In this document: piece after piece, positions 1 to 10,093 of the stretch
Layout: the number at the start of each line of letters is the position of its first letter
How positions within the stretch are numbered: position 1 is the stretch's first letter
Assembly (NCBI GenBank): GCA_052390235.1
Contig: JBQTHB010000002.1
Span: forward strand, 192,001 to 256,000
Reading direction: 5' to 3'
Origin: Deltaproteobacteria bacterium
GTDB lineage: Bacteria > Desulfobacterota_D > UBA1144 > Nemesobacterales > CSP1-2
Length of the DNA: 64,000 bases
Position numbers and translations under genes: made by a program
The notes under the pieces: generated by a model
Seen by the model: the letters and a program-made list of their open reading frames with translations, nothing else
Told to the model about the DNA's origin: nothing
The model's database searches: none

Positions 1-2
1 TC

Positions 3-1070
3 CCACTCGATATAATTCCCGGAAGCGAGGAGAGGTTCGGACTCGCCCGCAGGTTTCCCCTTGGCGTTGTCGTAGGAATATCGCCGTTTAATTTCCCGCT
101 CAATCTCGTAGCCCATAAGCTCGCTCCGGCTATCGCCTCTGGCAACGCTATGATACTAAAGCCCGCGTCGCAGACCCCCATGTCGGCTCTCAAACTGGGC
201 GAGGTGGCAATGGACGCCGGGCTCCCTCCGGGGGTGTTTAATATCCTTCCCCTTGCCGGCTCGGACGTAGAGCCTGTGATTCGAGACGGGCGCGTGAAGA
301 AAATCTCATTCACCGGAAGCGATGAAATAGGCTGGGAGCTGATGCGTAAATTCCCCAAGAAAAAGGTTACGCTTGAGCTCGGAGGCAACGCCGCAGTGGT
401 AATTGACCATGACCCGCCCGATATGGATTTTGCCGCCGCGAGGTGCGCTTGGGGGGCGTTTTATCAGGCTGGGCAGAGTTGCATCTCGGTGCAGAGGATA
501 TTCGTGCATGATAGGGCGTGGGATGAGTTTTTGGATAAATTCATCTCGGCGGCGAAGGCTATGAAGCTCGCAGACCCGATGCTAGAGGATACGGACATTG
601 GCCCGGTGATAGACGACGCCTCAGCCGAGCGAATCATGCGCTGGATAGACGAGGCCCTCGGCGCTGGGGCGTCGCTCCTTTGTGGCGGAGGGAGACGGGG
701 GCGGCTTATCGAGCCGACAGCCCTTACGGGAGCGCCTCCAGAATGCTCCGTTGTTTCCAGAGAGGTATTTGGGCCCGTCGCGGTCATAGAGCGTTTCAGG
801 GATTTCGGGGACGCGCTCTCGAAGGTAAACGATTCTCGCTACGGGCTTCAGGCTGGGGTGTTTACGAAGAATATGAAGCGCGCATTTTTGGCTTACGAGG
901 CGATAAACGTCGGAGGAGTCGTCGTGAACGACTGCCCAAGCTACAGAGTAGAGAATATGCCCTACGGAGGCGTGAAGGATTCGGGCGTGGGTAGGGAGGG
1001 CGTCAGATACGCTATCGAGGCGATGACCGAACTCAAACTTATGGTTGTGAACCTCAGGGATTATAAGTAG
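3..1070 (+). CDS. Aldehyde dehydrogenase family protein (5'-truncated by window edge)
   Basis: Frame is open from base 3 (GISPFNFPLNLVAHKLAPA); ALDH motifs FTGS, LELGGNA, catalytic Cys in AGQSCIS, EVFGP, PYGGVKDSG. Confidence 0.93.
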   Translation, partial: PLDIIPGSEERFGLARRFPLGVVVGISPFNFPLNLVAHKLAPAIASGNAMILKPASQTPMSALKLGEVAMDAGLPPGVFNILPLAGSDVEPVIRDGRVKKISFTGSDEIGWELMRKFPKKKVTLELGGNAAVVIDHDPPDMDFAAARCAWGAFYQAGQSCISVQRIFVHDRAWDEFLDKFISAAKAMKLADPMLEDTDIGPVIDDASAERIMRWIDEALGAGASLLCGGGRRGRLIEPTALTGAPPECSVVSREVFGPVAVIERFRDFGDALSKVNDSRYGLQAGVFTKNMKRAFLAYEAINVGGVVVNDCPSYRVENMPYGGVKDSGVGREGVRYAIEAMTELKLMVVNLRDYK

Positions 1071-1195
1071 GATTTATCAAGCGTATCGCCCCCTGGGCAG
1101 GTCTTATTAGGATTATCTCCCGCCGGAATTGACGTTTAGCGGCTCTCATGGGTGCATTTCTTGGCGCAAGCGGTTTATAGCCATAACGGGAGGCA

Positions 1196-2851
1196 GTGAT
1201 GGAATCAGATGAAATCTCGCAGGCGAAGAAATCTTGGCGGGAAGGGTATGAGAAAATCCCTGAGAGAGACGCGGATTTTACAACCGTCTCAGGGATGGAC
1301 GTTCCCGCTCTCGCATCGCCTGACGATGCCCCCGGATTTGATTATCTCAGGGATTCGGGATTTCCCGGCTCATATCCGTTCACGCGAGGCATTTACGGCT
1401 CGATGTACCGGGGTAGGCTCTGGACAATGCGCCAGTTCGCAGGATTCGGCTCGCCGGAGGACACTAACAGGCGCTTCAAATTCCTATTGGAACAGGGGCA
1501 GACCGGACTCAGCACGGCTTTTGATATGCCCACTCTCATGGGCTACGACTGCGACCATCCCAAATCGCGGGGCGAAGTAGGCAAAGAGGGGGTTTCGGTC
1601 TCCTCCCTTGCCGATATAGAAATCCTATTTGACGGCATCCTCCTCGACCAGGTTACGACCTCGATGACCGTGAACTGCTCGGCGAGCATCGTGCTTGCAA
1701 TGTATTTCGTCCTTGCCGAGAAGCAGGGAATCCCACTTCAAAAAATAGGCGGCACGATTCAAAACGATATGCTTAAAGAGTTCATCGCTCAGCGCGAGTG
1801 GATTTGCCCTCCGAGGCCGTCGGTGAAAATCGTCGTGGATATGATTGAATTCTGCGCAGCGCACGCCCCGAAGTGGTATCCGGTGTCAATTTCTGGCTAT
1901 CACATACGCGAAGCCGGCTCGACGGCGGTGCAGGAGCTTGCTTTCACACTCGCCGACGGTATTGGATATGTCGAGGAGGCTATTGAAAGGGGGCTGAAGG
2001 TGGACGATTTCGCCCCGCAATTGTCGTTTTTCTTCAATGTTCATAACGATTTTCTGGAGGAGGTGGCGAAACTCCGCGCCGCGAGACGTATGTGGGCAAA
2101 GATTATGCGGGAGCGTTTCGGGGCGAAAAACCCGAAATCCTGGCTTCTTAAAACCCACACGCAGACAGCAGGGGCGAGCCTCACCGCGCAGCAACCCATA
2201 AATAACGTAGTCCGCGTCGCCATTCAAGCCCTTGCCGCTGTTCTCGGAGGCACTCAATCCCTCCATACAAATTCAATGGACGAGACGCTTGCCCTCCCTA
2301 CCGAAGAGGCCGTTATGGTCGCGCTTCGGACCCAGCAGATCATCGCCGAAGAGAGCGGAGTCGTAAACTCTATTGACCCGCTTGGGGGAAGCTATGTTAT
2401 TGAAGCCCTAACAAACCGCATTGAAAAGGAAGCCTTCGAGTACATAGAGCGGATTGATAAGATGGGGGGGGTCATCAGGGCGATAGACACGGGATTCCCG
2501 CAGAAAGAAATTGCCGATGCCGCCTACAGGTATCAAAAGGAACTCGATGCCGGCTCAAAAACTATTGTAGGCGTGAACAAATACGTATCAGATGAGCAGA
2601 GGCGTTTCCCGATACTCAAAATCGGCGAAGAGGTCGCGCGCAAGCAGATAGATAGGCTTACGGAGGTTAAATCGAGACGCGATAACGCCTCAGTGAATAA
2701 TCTCCTCGGCGAAATCCGAACCGCCGCAAATAGGGGTGAGAACCTCATGCCGCCAATAATTGACGCCGTGAGAGAATATGCCACGCTGGGCGAGATATGC
2801 GATATTTTCCGCGAGGTCTATGGGGTCTATCGAGACCCGGGATATTTTTAG
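1196..2851 (+). CDS. B12-dependent acyl-CoA mutase large (substrate-binding) subunit, isobutyryl-CoA-mutase-like
   Basis: [53 protein letters not shown]; no fused B12-binding domain; SD GGGAGG upstream of GTG. Confidence 0.92.
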   Translation: MMESDEISQAKKSWREGYEKIPERDADFTTVSGMDVPALASPDDAPGFDYLRDSGFPGSYPFTRGIYGSMYRGRLWTMRQFAGFGSPEDTNRRFKFLLEQGQTGLSTAFDMPTLMGYDCDHPKSRGEVGKEGVSVSSLADIEILFDGILLDQVTTSMTVNCSASIVLAMYFVLAEKQGIPLQKIGGTIQNDMLKEFIAQREWICPPRPSVKIVVDMIEFCAAHAPKWYPVSISGYHIREAGSTAVQELAFTLADGIGYVEEAIERGLKVDDFAPQLSFFFNVHNDFLEEVAKLRAARRMWAKIMRERFGAKNPKSWLLKTHTQTAGASLTAQQPINNVVRVAIQALAAVLGGTQSLHTNSMDETLALPTEEAVMVALRTQQIIAEESGVVNSIDPLGGSYVIEALTNRIEKEAFEYIERIDKMGGVIRAIDTGFPQKEIADAAYRYQKELDAGSKTIVGVNKYVSDEQRRFPILKIGEEVARKQIDRLTEVKSRRDNASVNNLLGEIRTAANRGENLMPPIIDAVREYATLGEICDIFREVYGVYRDPGYF

Positions 2852-3056
2852 CCCTGCGCCACAAACCCCCTGCCTGTCATCCCGCTCTTTCGCATCCTCT
2901 CGAATCCCGAGTGGCTCTGCCCAAGGACGCGAATTTATGTAATTTGTAGTCTCGGGCATGATTTTGTATCCCCCGCGGCAGAAACTCGTATCTACACAAA
3001 CGCTCCGAATTATGTATTATCTCTGTCCAGAAGAAACAATCGGGGTAAAACGAACA

Positions 3057-3470
3057 ATGACGACGGACGAGAGAAGAGTGAGAATTTTAATAGGCAAAGC
3101 CGGACTCGATGGCCATGACAGGGGGGCGAAAATCGTAGCCCGCGCGCTCCGGGATGCAGGCTTCGAGGTCATCTACACGGGGCTTCACAACACCCCTGAG
3201 GTCATAGTTGAGACTGCAATCCAAGAAGACGTTGACGGCTTGGGTCTCAGCATCCTCTCAGGAGCGCACAACTACCTTTTCCCAGAAGTGGTAAAACTCC
3301 TGAGGGAGAGGGAGGCGGACGACATAGTTGTTTTTGGCGGCGGAATTATCCCGAAAGAGGACATTGCCGGGCTTCACGAGGGGGGCGTAAAGGCGATATT
3401 TGAGCCCGGAACATCCACAGGGGAGATTATAGTATGGGTGCGGGAGAACATCAAGCCGAGGAATCCGTAG
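3057..3470 (+). CDS. Cobalamin-binding small subunit of acyl-CoA mutase
   Basis: [10 protein letters not shown] (DxHxxG), SILSGAH, GGIIP; ATG 3057 chosen over 2958 because it gives the typical subunit length. Confidence 0.92.
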   Translation: MTTDERRVRILIGKAGLDGHDRGAKIVARALRDAGFEVIYTGLHNTPEVIVETAIQEDVDGLGLSILSGAHNYLFPEVVKLLREREADDIVVFGGGIIPKEDIAGLHEGGVKAIFEPGTSTGEIIVWVRENIKPRNP

Positions 3471-3553
3471 AAGTGTTTGGGATATAAATTTAGCTAAACG
3501 GGGCGCTGGTAATCGAAAATTGTGGCAGTCCCAATAAAATACGGTTTGAACTC

Positions 3554-4195
3554 ATGAAATGTATCCTCTGCGAGCAAAGAAAGGCTAAAAGGCGCTGCCC
3601 GGCAAAACGCGGCGATATATGCCCGCTCTGTTGCGGCGAGAAACGCGGGATTGAAATAATCTGCCCGCAGGACTGCGAGTATTTTATCGAGGGGCAAAAG
3701 AACCATCAGCAAAAAGTTACGGTAAAGAGGCTCATCCGCGAAGGCTCGCAGACCTATATCCGCCGCGCCGAGCTTTACTCCAAAAACCCCGAACTATACG
3801 CCAAGATGGAAATCATCTTCGCCCGAGCGTTCCGCAAAGACCCGAAGCTCACAAATAATGAAACCGCCCGCGCCCTTGAGCTTGCCATTAAGACCCTCGG
3901 CGCCGAGAAAAAGGGGCTCATCTACAACTACAGAGATGAAAATAGGGTCGTGGACGAACTCGCCGGGAGAGCGCTTGCCCTCGTGAGAGAGTATAGAGAC
4001 TCTCCCGAGCTTCGGCAAAAGCGCATCACCCTCGACTACGCCCGCGACGTTCTCGCCGATTTCTTTAGCGAAATTAAATTCTATATCGAAACCGAGGCGA
4101 ACCCGCGAAGCTACCTCATCCACGTCGCAAGGTATCATCCTGAAGCGGCGCAGGATACGCCCAAGGGCGGCGGCCCGCTCATATTCACCCCTTAG
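3554..4195 (+). CDS. Hypothetical protein with N-terminal Cys-rich putative metal-binding domain
   Basis: 213 aa; CxxC-x7-C-x7-CxxCC-x9-C-x3-C in the first ~45 aa. Confidence 0.7.
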   Translation: MKCILCEQRKAKRRCPAKRGDICPLCCGEKRGIEIICPQDCEYFIEGQKNHQQKVTVKRLIREGSQTYIRRAELYSKNPELYAKMEIIFARAFRKDPKLTNNETARALELAIKTLGAEKKGLIYNYRDENRVVDELAGRALALVREYRDSPELRQKRITLDYARDVLADFFSEIKFYIETEANPRSYLIHVARYHPEAAQDTPKGGGPLIFTP

Positions 4196-4199
4196 CGAG

Positions 4200-4964
4200 A
4201 TGTCAAACGCCCCTACGGACAGATTCTCAAGCCGCGCTCCTTACTACGATAAGTACCGCCCCGGTTATCCCCCCAAAATTCTCGATATACTCGCCGGGGA
4301 ATGCAATCTCTTAGCATCGTCTGTGATTGCCGATGTGGGCTCTGGCACTGGGATTCTCTCGAGGCTGCTGCTTGGCAACGGGAACGCCGTTTTCGGGGTC
4401 GAGCCTAATGCCCGGATGAGGCTCGTCGCGGAGGAATCCCTGAGGGGCTATCCGAAGTTCACAAGCGTGGCTGGGTCGGCTGAGTCGTCCTGCCTCAGCG
4501 CGGATTTGGCGGATTTCATCGTCGTGGGGCAGGCGTTTCACTGGTTCGATGTTGACGGCGCAAGGCGAGAGTTTGCTAGAATTCTAAAGCGCGGAGGGTT
4601 CGTGATGCTCGTCTGGAACGACAGAAGGGCTACCTCAACCCCCTTCCTTCAGGCTTATGAGGATTTGCTCCTGCGATTCGCAACGGACTATCAAAAGGTC
4701 AACTCCGCCAATTTCAGCATAGAAACAATCGCAAGATTTTTCGGCGGGAGCGGATTTAAATCGAAGCGGCTCGATAATTTCCAGCAATTCGACTATGAAG
4801 GGCTTGCCGGACGGCTACTTTCAATGTCCTTCGCGCCCCTTGAGGGGGAAAATCACGCGCAGATGATGGAGGAACTTCGGCGGATATTCCTAGAGCATCA
4901 GGAAAATGGTAGAGTTACGTTTGAATACGACACGAGGATTTATTATGGCCGCATCGTTGAGTAA
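4200..4964 (+). CDS. Class I SAM-dependent methyltransferase
   Basis: Y...RPGYP, IADVGSGTG, GVEPN, QAFHWF motifs. Confidence 0.9.
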   Translation: MSNAPTDRFSSRAPYYDKYRPGYPPKILDILAGECNLLASSVIADVGSGTGILSRLLLGNGNAVFGVEPNARMRLVAEESLRGYPKFTSVAGSAESSCLSADLADFIVVGQAFHWFDVDGARREFARILKRGGFVMLVWNDRRATSTPFLQAYEDLLLRFATDYQKVNSANFSIETIARFFGGSGFKSKRLDNFQQFDYEGLAGRLLSMSFAPLEGENHAQMMEELRRIFLEHQENGRVTFEYDTRIYYGRIVE

Positions 4965-4990
4965 ATAAACTATCAAAGGGGAAAATTCAG

Positions 4991-5386
4991 ATGGCGATTT
5001 CGGTTCAGGAACTCACAAAGCTCGTCAACGAAAGCGACAGAGCGAAAAAGGCGCTCGATTTCCTTCTCGACTACGTTGACCTCGTCAAGGGCAGTCAGGA
5101 GAATCTGCCGTTTGACACCCAGCCGGCAAGGGATGGCATCGGCAGCCGCGCCGATGAGATTGACACGTTCATCGCTCAAATTAAATCAGACCTCAACTCC
5201 ATGCTCGATAACTATCCCGTTGACGAGGAAGAGGTCGCCGCCGCCGCAAAGAAATTTATGCTCCTCGAGAGCGGGGGTCCTCAAGCCGAGAACTGGATTA
5301 AATCCCAGCAGAGGCGTTTCCCCCCGGGCTCCTATTGGTGGAGATACTGGGAGGCAATAGCCGATATTGTGCTGAAGAAGGCATAG
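4991..5386 (+). CDS. Hypothetical protein
   Basis: 131-aa ORF in the same direction as its neighbours, purine-rich SD (AAGGGG) upstream; no recognised motif. Confidence 0.6.
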   Translation: MAISVQELTKLVNESDRAKKALDFLLDYVDLVKGSQENLPFDTQPARDGIGSRADEIDTFIAQIKSDLNSMLDNYPVDEEEVAAAAKKFMLLESGGPQAENWIKSQQRRFPPGSYWWRYWEAIADIVLKKA

Positions 5387-5411
5387 CCCCCGCCTTTAGC
5401 CGCGCAATTAC

Positions 5412-6338
5412 CTAGAATACCCCGATAACTTCATCTGCGAATCTCTCAAGCGCATCAAACATCTCCTCGTCGCTGTCCGAGATGATGTCAACCGCAATGT
5501 GCGAGACTCCTATCTGCTCGTATTCCCAAATCCACTGTCTTATCTCCTCGCGCGCGCCGAATAGGGCGAAAGGGGCGCCGTCGCTTCTGGATTTGTTTCC
5601 CCTGCCCTCGATGATAGATAGCCTGTTGCGGACGGAAAATGTAATTTGCGACGGGTCTCGCCCGGCTTGCTCGGCGATGGATTTTAGGAGTTTTATGCGT
5701 TTATCCAAATTTTCGGGGCTTATCCAAATCGGCTGCCAACCGTCTGCGGCGACGGCGGCGCGCCTAATGGCTCTGTCGCTATTTCCGCCTATCCAAAGGG
5801 GCGGGCGGGGCTTCTGCGCTGGCTTCGGGTAGAATTTAATTTCTGAGAAGCTGAAAAATTCCCCCCTGAATTGAGGCTCGTCCTCCTCCCAAAGGGTCTT
5901 CACAATTTCGATATATTCATCCGTGAGCCGCCCCCTCTGCTCGAACGGGATTCCTAGAGCGTCGAATTCCTCCTTGAGCCAGCCGGCGGCAACCCCGCAG
6001 ATAACTCGCCCTTTCGACAACACATCGAGCGTGGCAACGGATTTGGCAACGGTAACGGGATTGCGGTAGGGCAGAATTATAACGCTCGTGCCGATTTTTA
6101 TCCGCCTCGTTTCCGAAGCAATTGCCGCGAGCAGGACGAAGGGGTCATAAAAAACCTCGCTGAATCTGCCCGCAAGCTCGTCGGGTATGACCACGTGGTC
6201 GCTTGCCCAAACGGCGCCGTAGCCCAGATGCTCGGCTTTTTTTGCAAGCTCAACTACGCGCTCGAACTCGACGGGTCTTTGAATGGGCAGGCTCACTCCG
6301 AATTTCAATTTACGCTCCCCCGTGTGGACTAATTTCAT
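5412..6338 (-). CDS. Luciferase-like monooxygenase (LLM) class oxidoreductase, F420-dependent-type subfamily
   Basis: WASDHVVIP, DPFVLLAAIA, LPYRNP, LDVLSKGR, GWLKEEF, PKPAQKPRPPLWIGG. Confidence 0.85.
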   Translation of the reverse strand: MKLVHTGERKLKFGVSLPIQRPVEFERVVELAKKAEHLGYGAVWASDHVVIPDELAGRFSEVFYDPFVLLAAIASETRRIKIGTSVIILPYRNPVTVAKSVATLDVLSKGRVICGVAAGWLKEEFDALGIPFEQRGRLTDEYIEIVKTLWEEDEPQFRGEFFSFSEIKFYPKPAQKPRPPLWIGGNSDRAIRRAAVAADGWQPIWISPENLDKRIKLLKSIAEQAGRDPSQITFSVRNRLSIIEGRGNKSRSDGAPFALFGAREEIRQWIWEYEQIGVSHIAVDIISDSDEEMFDALERFADEVIGVF

Positions 6339-6515
6339 CTTAGATTAGCGGTTTTGCCCATTTTCTCCAAATCGGCTTGCGATGCGCGGGATTTGCGCCT
6401 GTGGCGGATTTGCGGCGGCGGCTTTTCGAGACTTGCATCACTGCATCCCTCGGCAAATTAGGCGATTCATTGCGGCGGCAAAATCCGCAGAATTCGATGA
6501 AAATATCAATGGCTA

Positions 6516-6545
6516 TTGATTGTTTCTGAGTAATTTGGATATAAT
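6516..6545 (+). promoter_or_regulatory. Putative sigma70 promoter of the radical SAM gene (likely leaderless transcript)
   Basis: TTGATT-18 nt-TATAAT ending 6 nt before ATG 6552; no SD. Confidence 0.5.
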
Positions 6546-6551
6546 TTCAGA

Positions 6552-7517
6552 ATGCTAACCTACAGACAAGGTATGAACGGAGTTCTCAAGTACATTTACA
6601 CCAAAGCCACGGGGCGTCCCAAGCTCGTGAATCTCGAAGTTACGAAGCTGTGCAACGCCAAGTGTGATTTCTGCGATTACTGGCAGACGAAGCACGAGGT
6701 GAGGCTTGCGGATTACTCCCCTGTTATCCGGCAGATTAACCCGCTTGTGGTCGTTATCACGGGCGGCGAGCCGATGCTGAGGAAAGACCTGTGCGATATA
6801 GTTCGGCAGGTAAAAAGCGCGTCAATTTTTATATTCGGCTCAATGGTTACAAAAGGCGACCTGCTCACGGTTGATAAAGCGAGGGAGCTTTTCAACGCCG
6901 GTCTCGACCAAATCGCCATATCGCTGGATTTCCCCGGCAGCAGGCACGACGAGTACCGAGGAATCCCCGGTCTATGGGACTACCTCTCAAATCTCATTCC
7001 CACGCTGGCTAAGGAATTTAAAAAGAGCATTATTGTCAACACCATCATCATGGAAGACAACCTCGACCAAATCGTGCCGATAGCAGAAAAGGCGCGCGAA
7101 TGGGGAATCGGCGTGTCGTTTAGCTCGTATTCGGTCATGAAAACCAACAACACCGCGCATTTCATCAAGCAAAGAGAGCTTGAACGGGTGCGAGATGTCG
7201 TTGGGAAATTAATCGAGCTTCGGCGCAAGTGGAAGGGAACTATCGTCTCCACGGAGCAGTATCTGCGGGAAATCCCCAATTATTTCGAGAAGGGCGATGG
7301 CCCAGAATGCCTAGCCGGAATCAACATGGTGCAGGTAACCCCAAGCGGACACATTAAGCGATGCTCCGAGATGCCCGTCGTCGCCGACTACAAGGAATAT
7401 CACCCGAAGATGTTTGATAAAACCCAATGCACGTCGTGCTGGTATAGTTGCCGCGGAGAGACCCAGACTATGATTGACTTCAAGCGCGGGCTTGAGTACA
7501 TCGGGATTTGGGTATAG
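6552..7517 (+). CDS. Radical SAM protein with C-terminal SPASM/twitch-like Cys cluster
   Basis: CNAKCDFC (CxxxCxxC), TGGEPML, ISLD, C-terminal CLAG...GHIKRC...CTSCWYSC. Confidence 0.88.
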   Translation: MLTYRQGMNGVLKYIYTKATGRPKLVNLEVTKLCNAKCDFCDYWQTKHEVRLADYSPVIRQINPLVVVITGGEPMLRKDLCDIVRQVKSASIFIFGSMVTKGDLLTVDKARELFNAGLDQIAISLDFPGSRHDEYRGIPGLWDYLSNLIPTLAKEFKKSIIVNTIIMEDNLDQIVPIAEKAREWGIGVSFSSYSVMKTNNTAHFIKQRELERVRDVVGKLIELRRKWKGTIVSTEQYLREIPNYFEKGDGPECLAGINMVQVTPSGHIKRCSEMPVVADYKEYHPKMFDKTQCTSCWYSCRGETQTMIDFKRGLEYIGIWV

Positions 7518-7580
7518 CCACGGAGAATAGCTATAATTTCCCTGTGTTAAATTAGAGCGCGGCTGAGCTTCTAAGTCTGC

Positions 7581-9014
7581 TTAGCCCTTAGCCCGCCAAG
7601 TTGTCCCCTTTGGGGTGTCATCGAGCAGTATTCCCTTTTCGCTGAGGTAATCCCTGATGTCATCTGAGCGTTTCCAATCCCTCTCGCGTCTTGCCGAGGC
7701 GCGCTCTTCAATTAACCCCGCGATTTCCTCCTCGCTTAGCAGGAGCGGGGATTTGCTGGATTTCCCTTTGGTTAAATATCTCTCCGGCGCAAGCTCCAAG
7801 ATTCCTAAAACCCGCCCAAGGGTTTTCATCTCGGCAATGGAGCTCTCAAGCGTCGCCGTCCACCCATTGGCGTCTAGGGAGCGGTTGACGGCTCTGGTGA
7901 AATCGAAAAGGCTCCCTAGGGCGTCGGCAGTGTTGAAGTCGTCCCTCATGGCATCCTTCCAGCGCGCGGCGAACCGCTGAAGAGACTGCGCAAGCTCGCC
8001 GTCTCCTCTCGTGGTGGAGCACTCCTTTAGGTCTTGGGCGCGTTTTAGGGCGATATAGAGCCTCTCAAGGGCGGATTCGTTCTCGTCCATTACGCTCTCG
8101 GAGAAGTCCGCCGGATTTTGATACTGATGCGAGAGGAAAAAGAGCCTTATCGCCTCCCTGCTCCAGCGTCCGAGCGCGTCTCTTGCGTTGATGATGTTGC
8201 CGATGGATTTCGACATTTTAGAGCGGTTTATCTCGATAAGCCCGTTGTGAACCCACTGTTTTACGAATCCCTCGCCCGCCGCCGCTTCGGACTGCGCAAT
8301 TTCGTTCTCGTGGTGAGGGAAGATTAAGTCCTTTCCCCCGCCGTGGATTTCAAAGCCGTGTCCGAGGTATTTCGCGCTCATCGCCGAGCATTCGATGTGC
8401 CAGCCGGGGCGTCCCCGTCCCCAAGGGCTATCCCACGAAGGCTCACCGGGCTTCGCGCTCTTCCAGAGGGCAAAATCAAGCGGGTCGGATTTGCGCTCAT
8501 TTATGTCAATACGCACTCCGGCGAGCATATCGTCGGGGGTTCTGCCCGATAGCCTCCCGTAGCCACTGAATTTCTGTATCGAGAAGAAAACATCCCCCCC
8601 CGAATGATAGGCAAACCCCTTGTCAATTATCGTCCGAATTAGGTCAATGATTTCCGGTATGTGTTCGGTAACTTTTGGCTGATAGGTCGGCGACTCCACT
8701 CCCAAAGCCGCCATGTCAGCGATATACTCATCGGTGTAGAAGCGCGATACTTCCTCTGCGGGGATCCCCTTTTCATTGGCTTTTTGAATAATTTTGTCGT
8801 CAACGTCGGTGAAATTTCTCGCGTAAACCACCTCGATTCCCGACAGCGTGAGGAATCGGCGCATAACATCAAATGTTACGGCGGCTCTCGCGTGTCCGAG
8901 GTGCGCTGAGCTATAGACCGTGGGTCCGCAGACGTACATTCTCACCTTCCTGCCTTCAAATAGGGCGAGGTCTTCTTTACTCTGCGTGAGTGTATTGTAG
9001 ATTTTTATCTTCAT
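7581..9014 (-). CDS. cysS: Cysteine--tRNA ligase
   Basis: YVCGPTVY, HLGH, GRPGWHIECSAM, FPHHENE, KMSKS. Confidence 0.98.
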   Translation of the reverse strand: MKIKIYNTLTQSKEDLALFEGRKVRMYVCGPTVYSSAHLGHARAAVTFDVMRRFLTLSGIEVVYARNFTDVDDKIIQKANEKGIPAEEVSRFYTDEYIADMAALGVESPTYQPKVTEHIPEIIDLIRTIIDKGFAYHSGGDVFFSIQKFSGYGRLSGRTPDDMLAGVRIDINERKSDPLDFALWKSAKPGEPSWDSPWGRGRPGWHIECSAMSAKYLGHGFEIHGGGKDLIFPHHENEIAQSEAAAGEGFVKQWVHNGLIEINRSKMSKSIGNIINARDALGRWSREAIRLFFLSHQYQNPADFSESVMDENESALERLYIALKRAQDLKECSTTRGDGELAQSLQRFAARWKDAMRDDFNTADALGSLFDFTRAVNRSLDANGWTATLESSIAEMKTLGRVLGILELAPERYLTKGKSSKSPLLLSEEEIAGLIEERASARRERDWKRSDDIRDYLSEKGILLDDTPKGTTWRAKG

Positions 9015-9037
9015 GGGACGTATGCGGCAGTTTCGGG

Positions 9038-9838
9038 TTAGATTAGATCCTCTCCGCCGTCCACTTTAATGACGTTGCCCGTAATCCAGTTGCCGCCCCT
9101 CCCCGACAGCGCGACTATCGCCTCGGCTACGTCTTTGGTGGTGGTGAGCCTGCCGCCGGGGTTCACCTTGACGGCGTTCTCGATAATTTGCTCGTTGCCG
9201 GGAATTTTGCTCAGCGCCGGCGTAAGCGTAACCCCCGCTTGAATGGAGTTAGCCGTGATGCCGTGAGGGGCGAGTTCCACGGCGAGCTGTCTTATGTGCG
9301 ATTCCAGAGCCGCTTTTGAAGCTGACACAGGCCCATAGGTTAGCCACACCCTGTGGCCTCCGGCGCTCGTCATGGCGAACACCCTTCCGCCCCTGCCCAG
9401 TAGCTTTCTATGCACGGCCTCTTGAGTCCAATAGACGAGGCTATGAGCCATAACATCGAGGGTCATGTTCATGTTCGTATCCGTAACCATTTCCTTCACG
9501 GACGCGCCGATGTAGGGCTTTAAAGTGCCAAATGCAAGCGAGTGAACTAGAACCCTCAGCTTTCCCTCCCCTCCTATCATCGTCTCGATTTGATCGAGAA
9601 CCTCTCTGCGCTTTCCAGAGTCAGAGGCGTTGACGTTGAAAAACAGAGCGTCCCTGCCCTTGGATTTTATCTCCCCAACTACGCGCTCGACGCTTGGCAT
9701 TGTGGATTTCCTGTCGAGATGCACGCCAAATATGTTCATTCCAGCTTCGGCAAGCTCAATGGCAATTGCCTCTCCAAAACCGCTTGACGCGCCGAGTATT
9801 AAAGCCCACGAGTCTTTAAAGTGATTATCACAGCTCAA
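9038..9838 (-). CDS. SDR oxidoreductase, FabL-like enoyl-ACP reductase
   Basis: LGASSGFG, YGPVSASKAALE (Yx6K spacing), WITGNVIKVDGG; TTG start with GAGGAG SD. Confidence 0.78.
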   Translation of the reverse strand: MSCDNHFKDSWALILGASSGFGEAIAIELAEAGMNIFGVHLDRKSTMPSVERVVGEIKSKGRDALFFNVNASDSGKRREVLDQIETMIGGEGKLRVLVHSLAFGTLKPYIGASVKEMVTDTNMNMTLDVMAHSLVYWTQEAVHRKLLGRGGRVFAMTSAGGHRVWLTYGPVSASKAALESHIRQLAVELAPHGITANSIQAGVTLTPALSKIPGNEQIIENAVKVNPGGRLTTTKDVAEAIVALSGRGGNWITGNVIKVDGGEDLI

Positions 9839-10093
9839 TGTGTGTCTCCTCTGTGCTACGATTTATATCTCATAAAAAGCGAAATGGTAGAGATTCTACG
9901 CACTTTCGGATGAATTGCAAGGAATCCTCTCGCCATCTGCGCCGAGGGTTTCGGCATCTGTGCGCCGCCCCATCGCGCAGTGAGCCCTCCGCTTATCCCC
10001 CAGGGGAATTGCTGTGGTAAAATGTAAATCCTAATTCTGAGCCGCATTGCACAATTGGGCTGGAGCTTTCTGCGCCAAGGGGGTATTCGCAAT

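Noticed and set aside
2852..3056. Cobalamin riboswitch between the mutase subunits
   Set aside because: Conserved B12-box and GGGAA core elements are not recognisable
6380..6490. Possible structured ncRNA (GCGGATTTGCGGCGGC ... GCGGCGGCAAAATCCGC)
   Set aside because: Only an imperfect dyad, and I cannot match it to any RNA family
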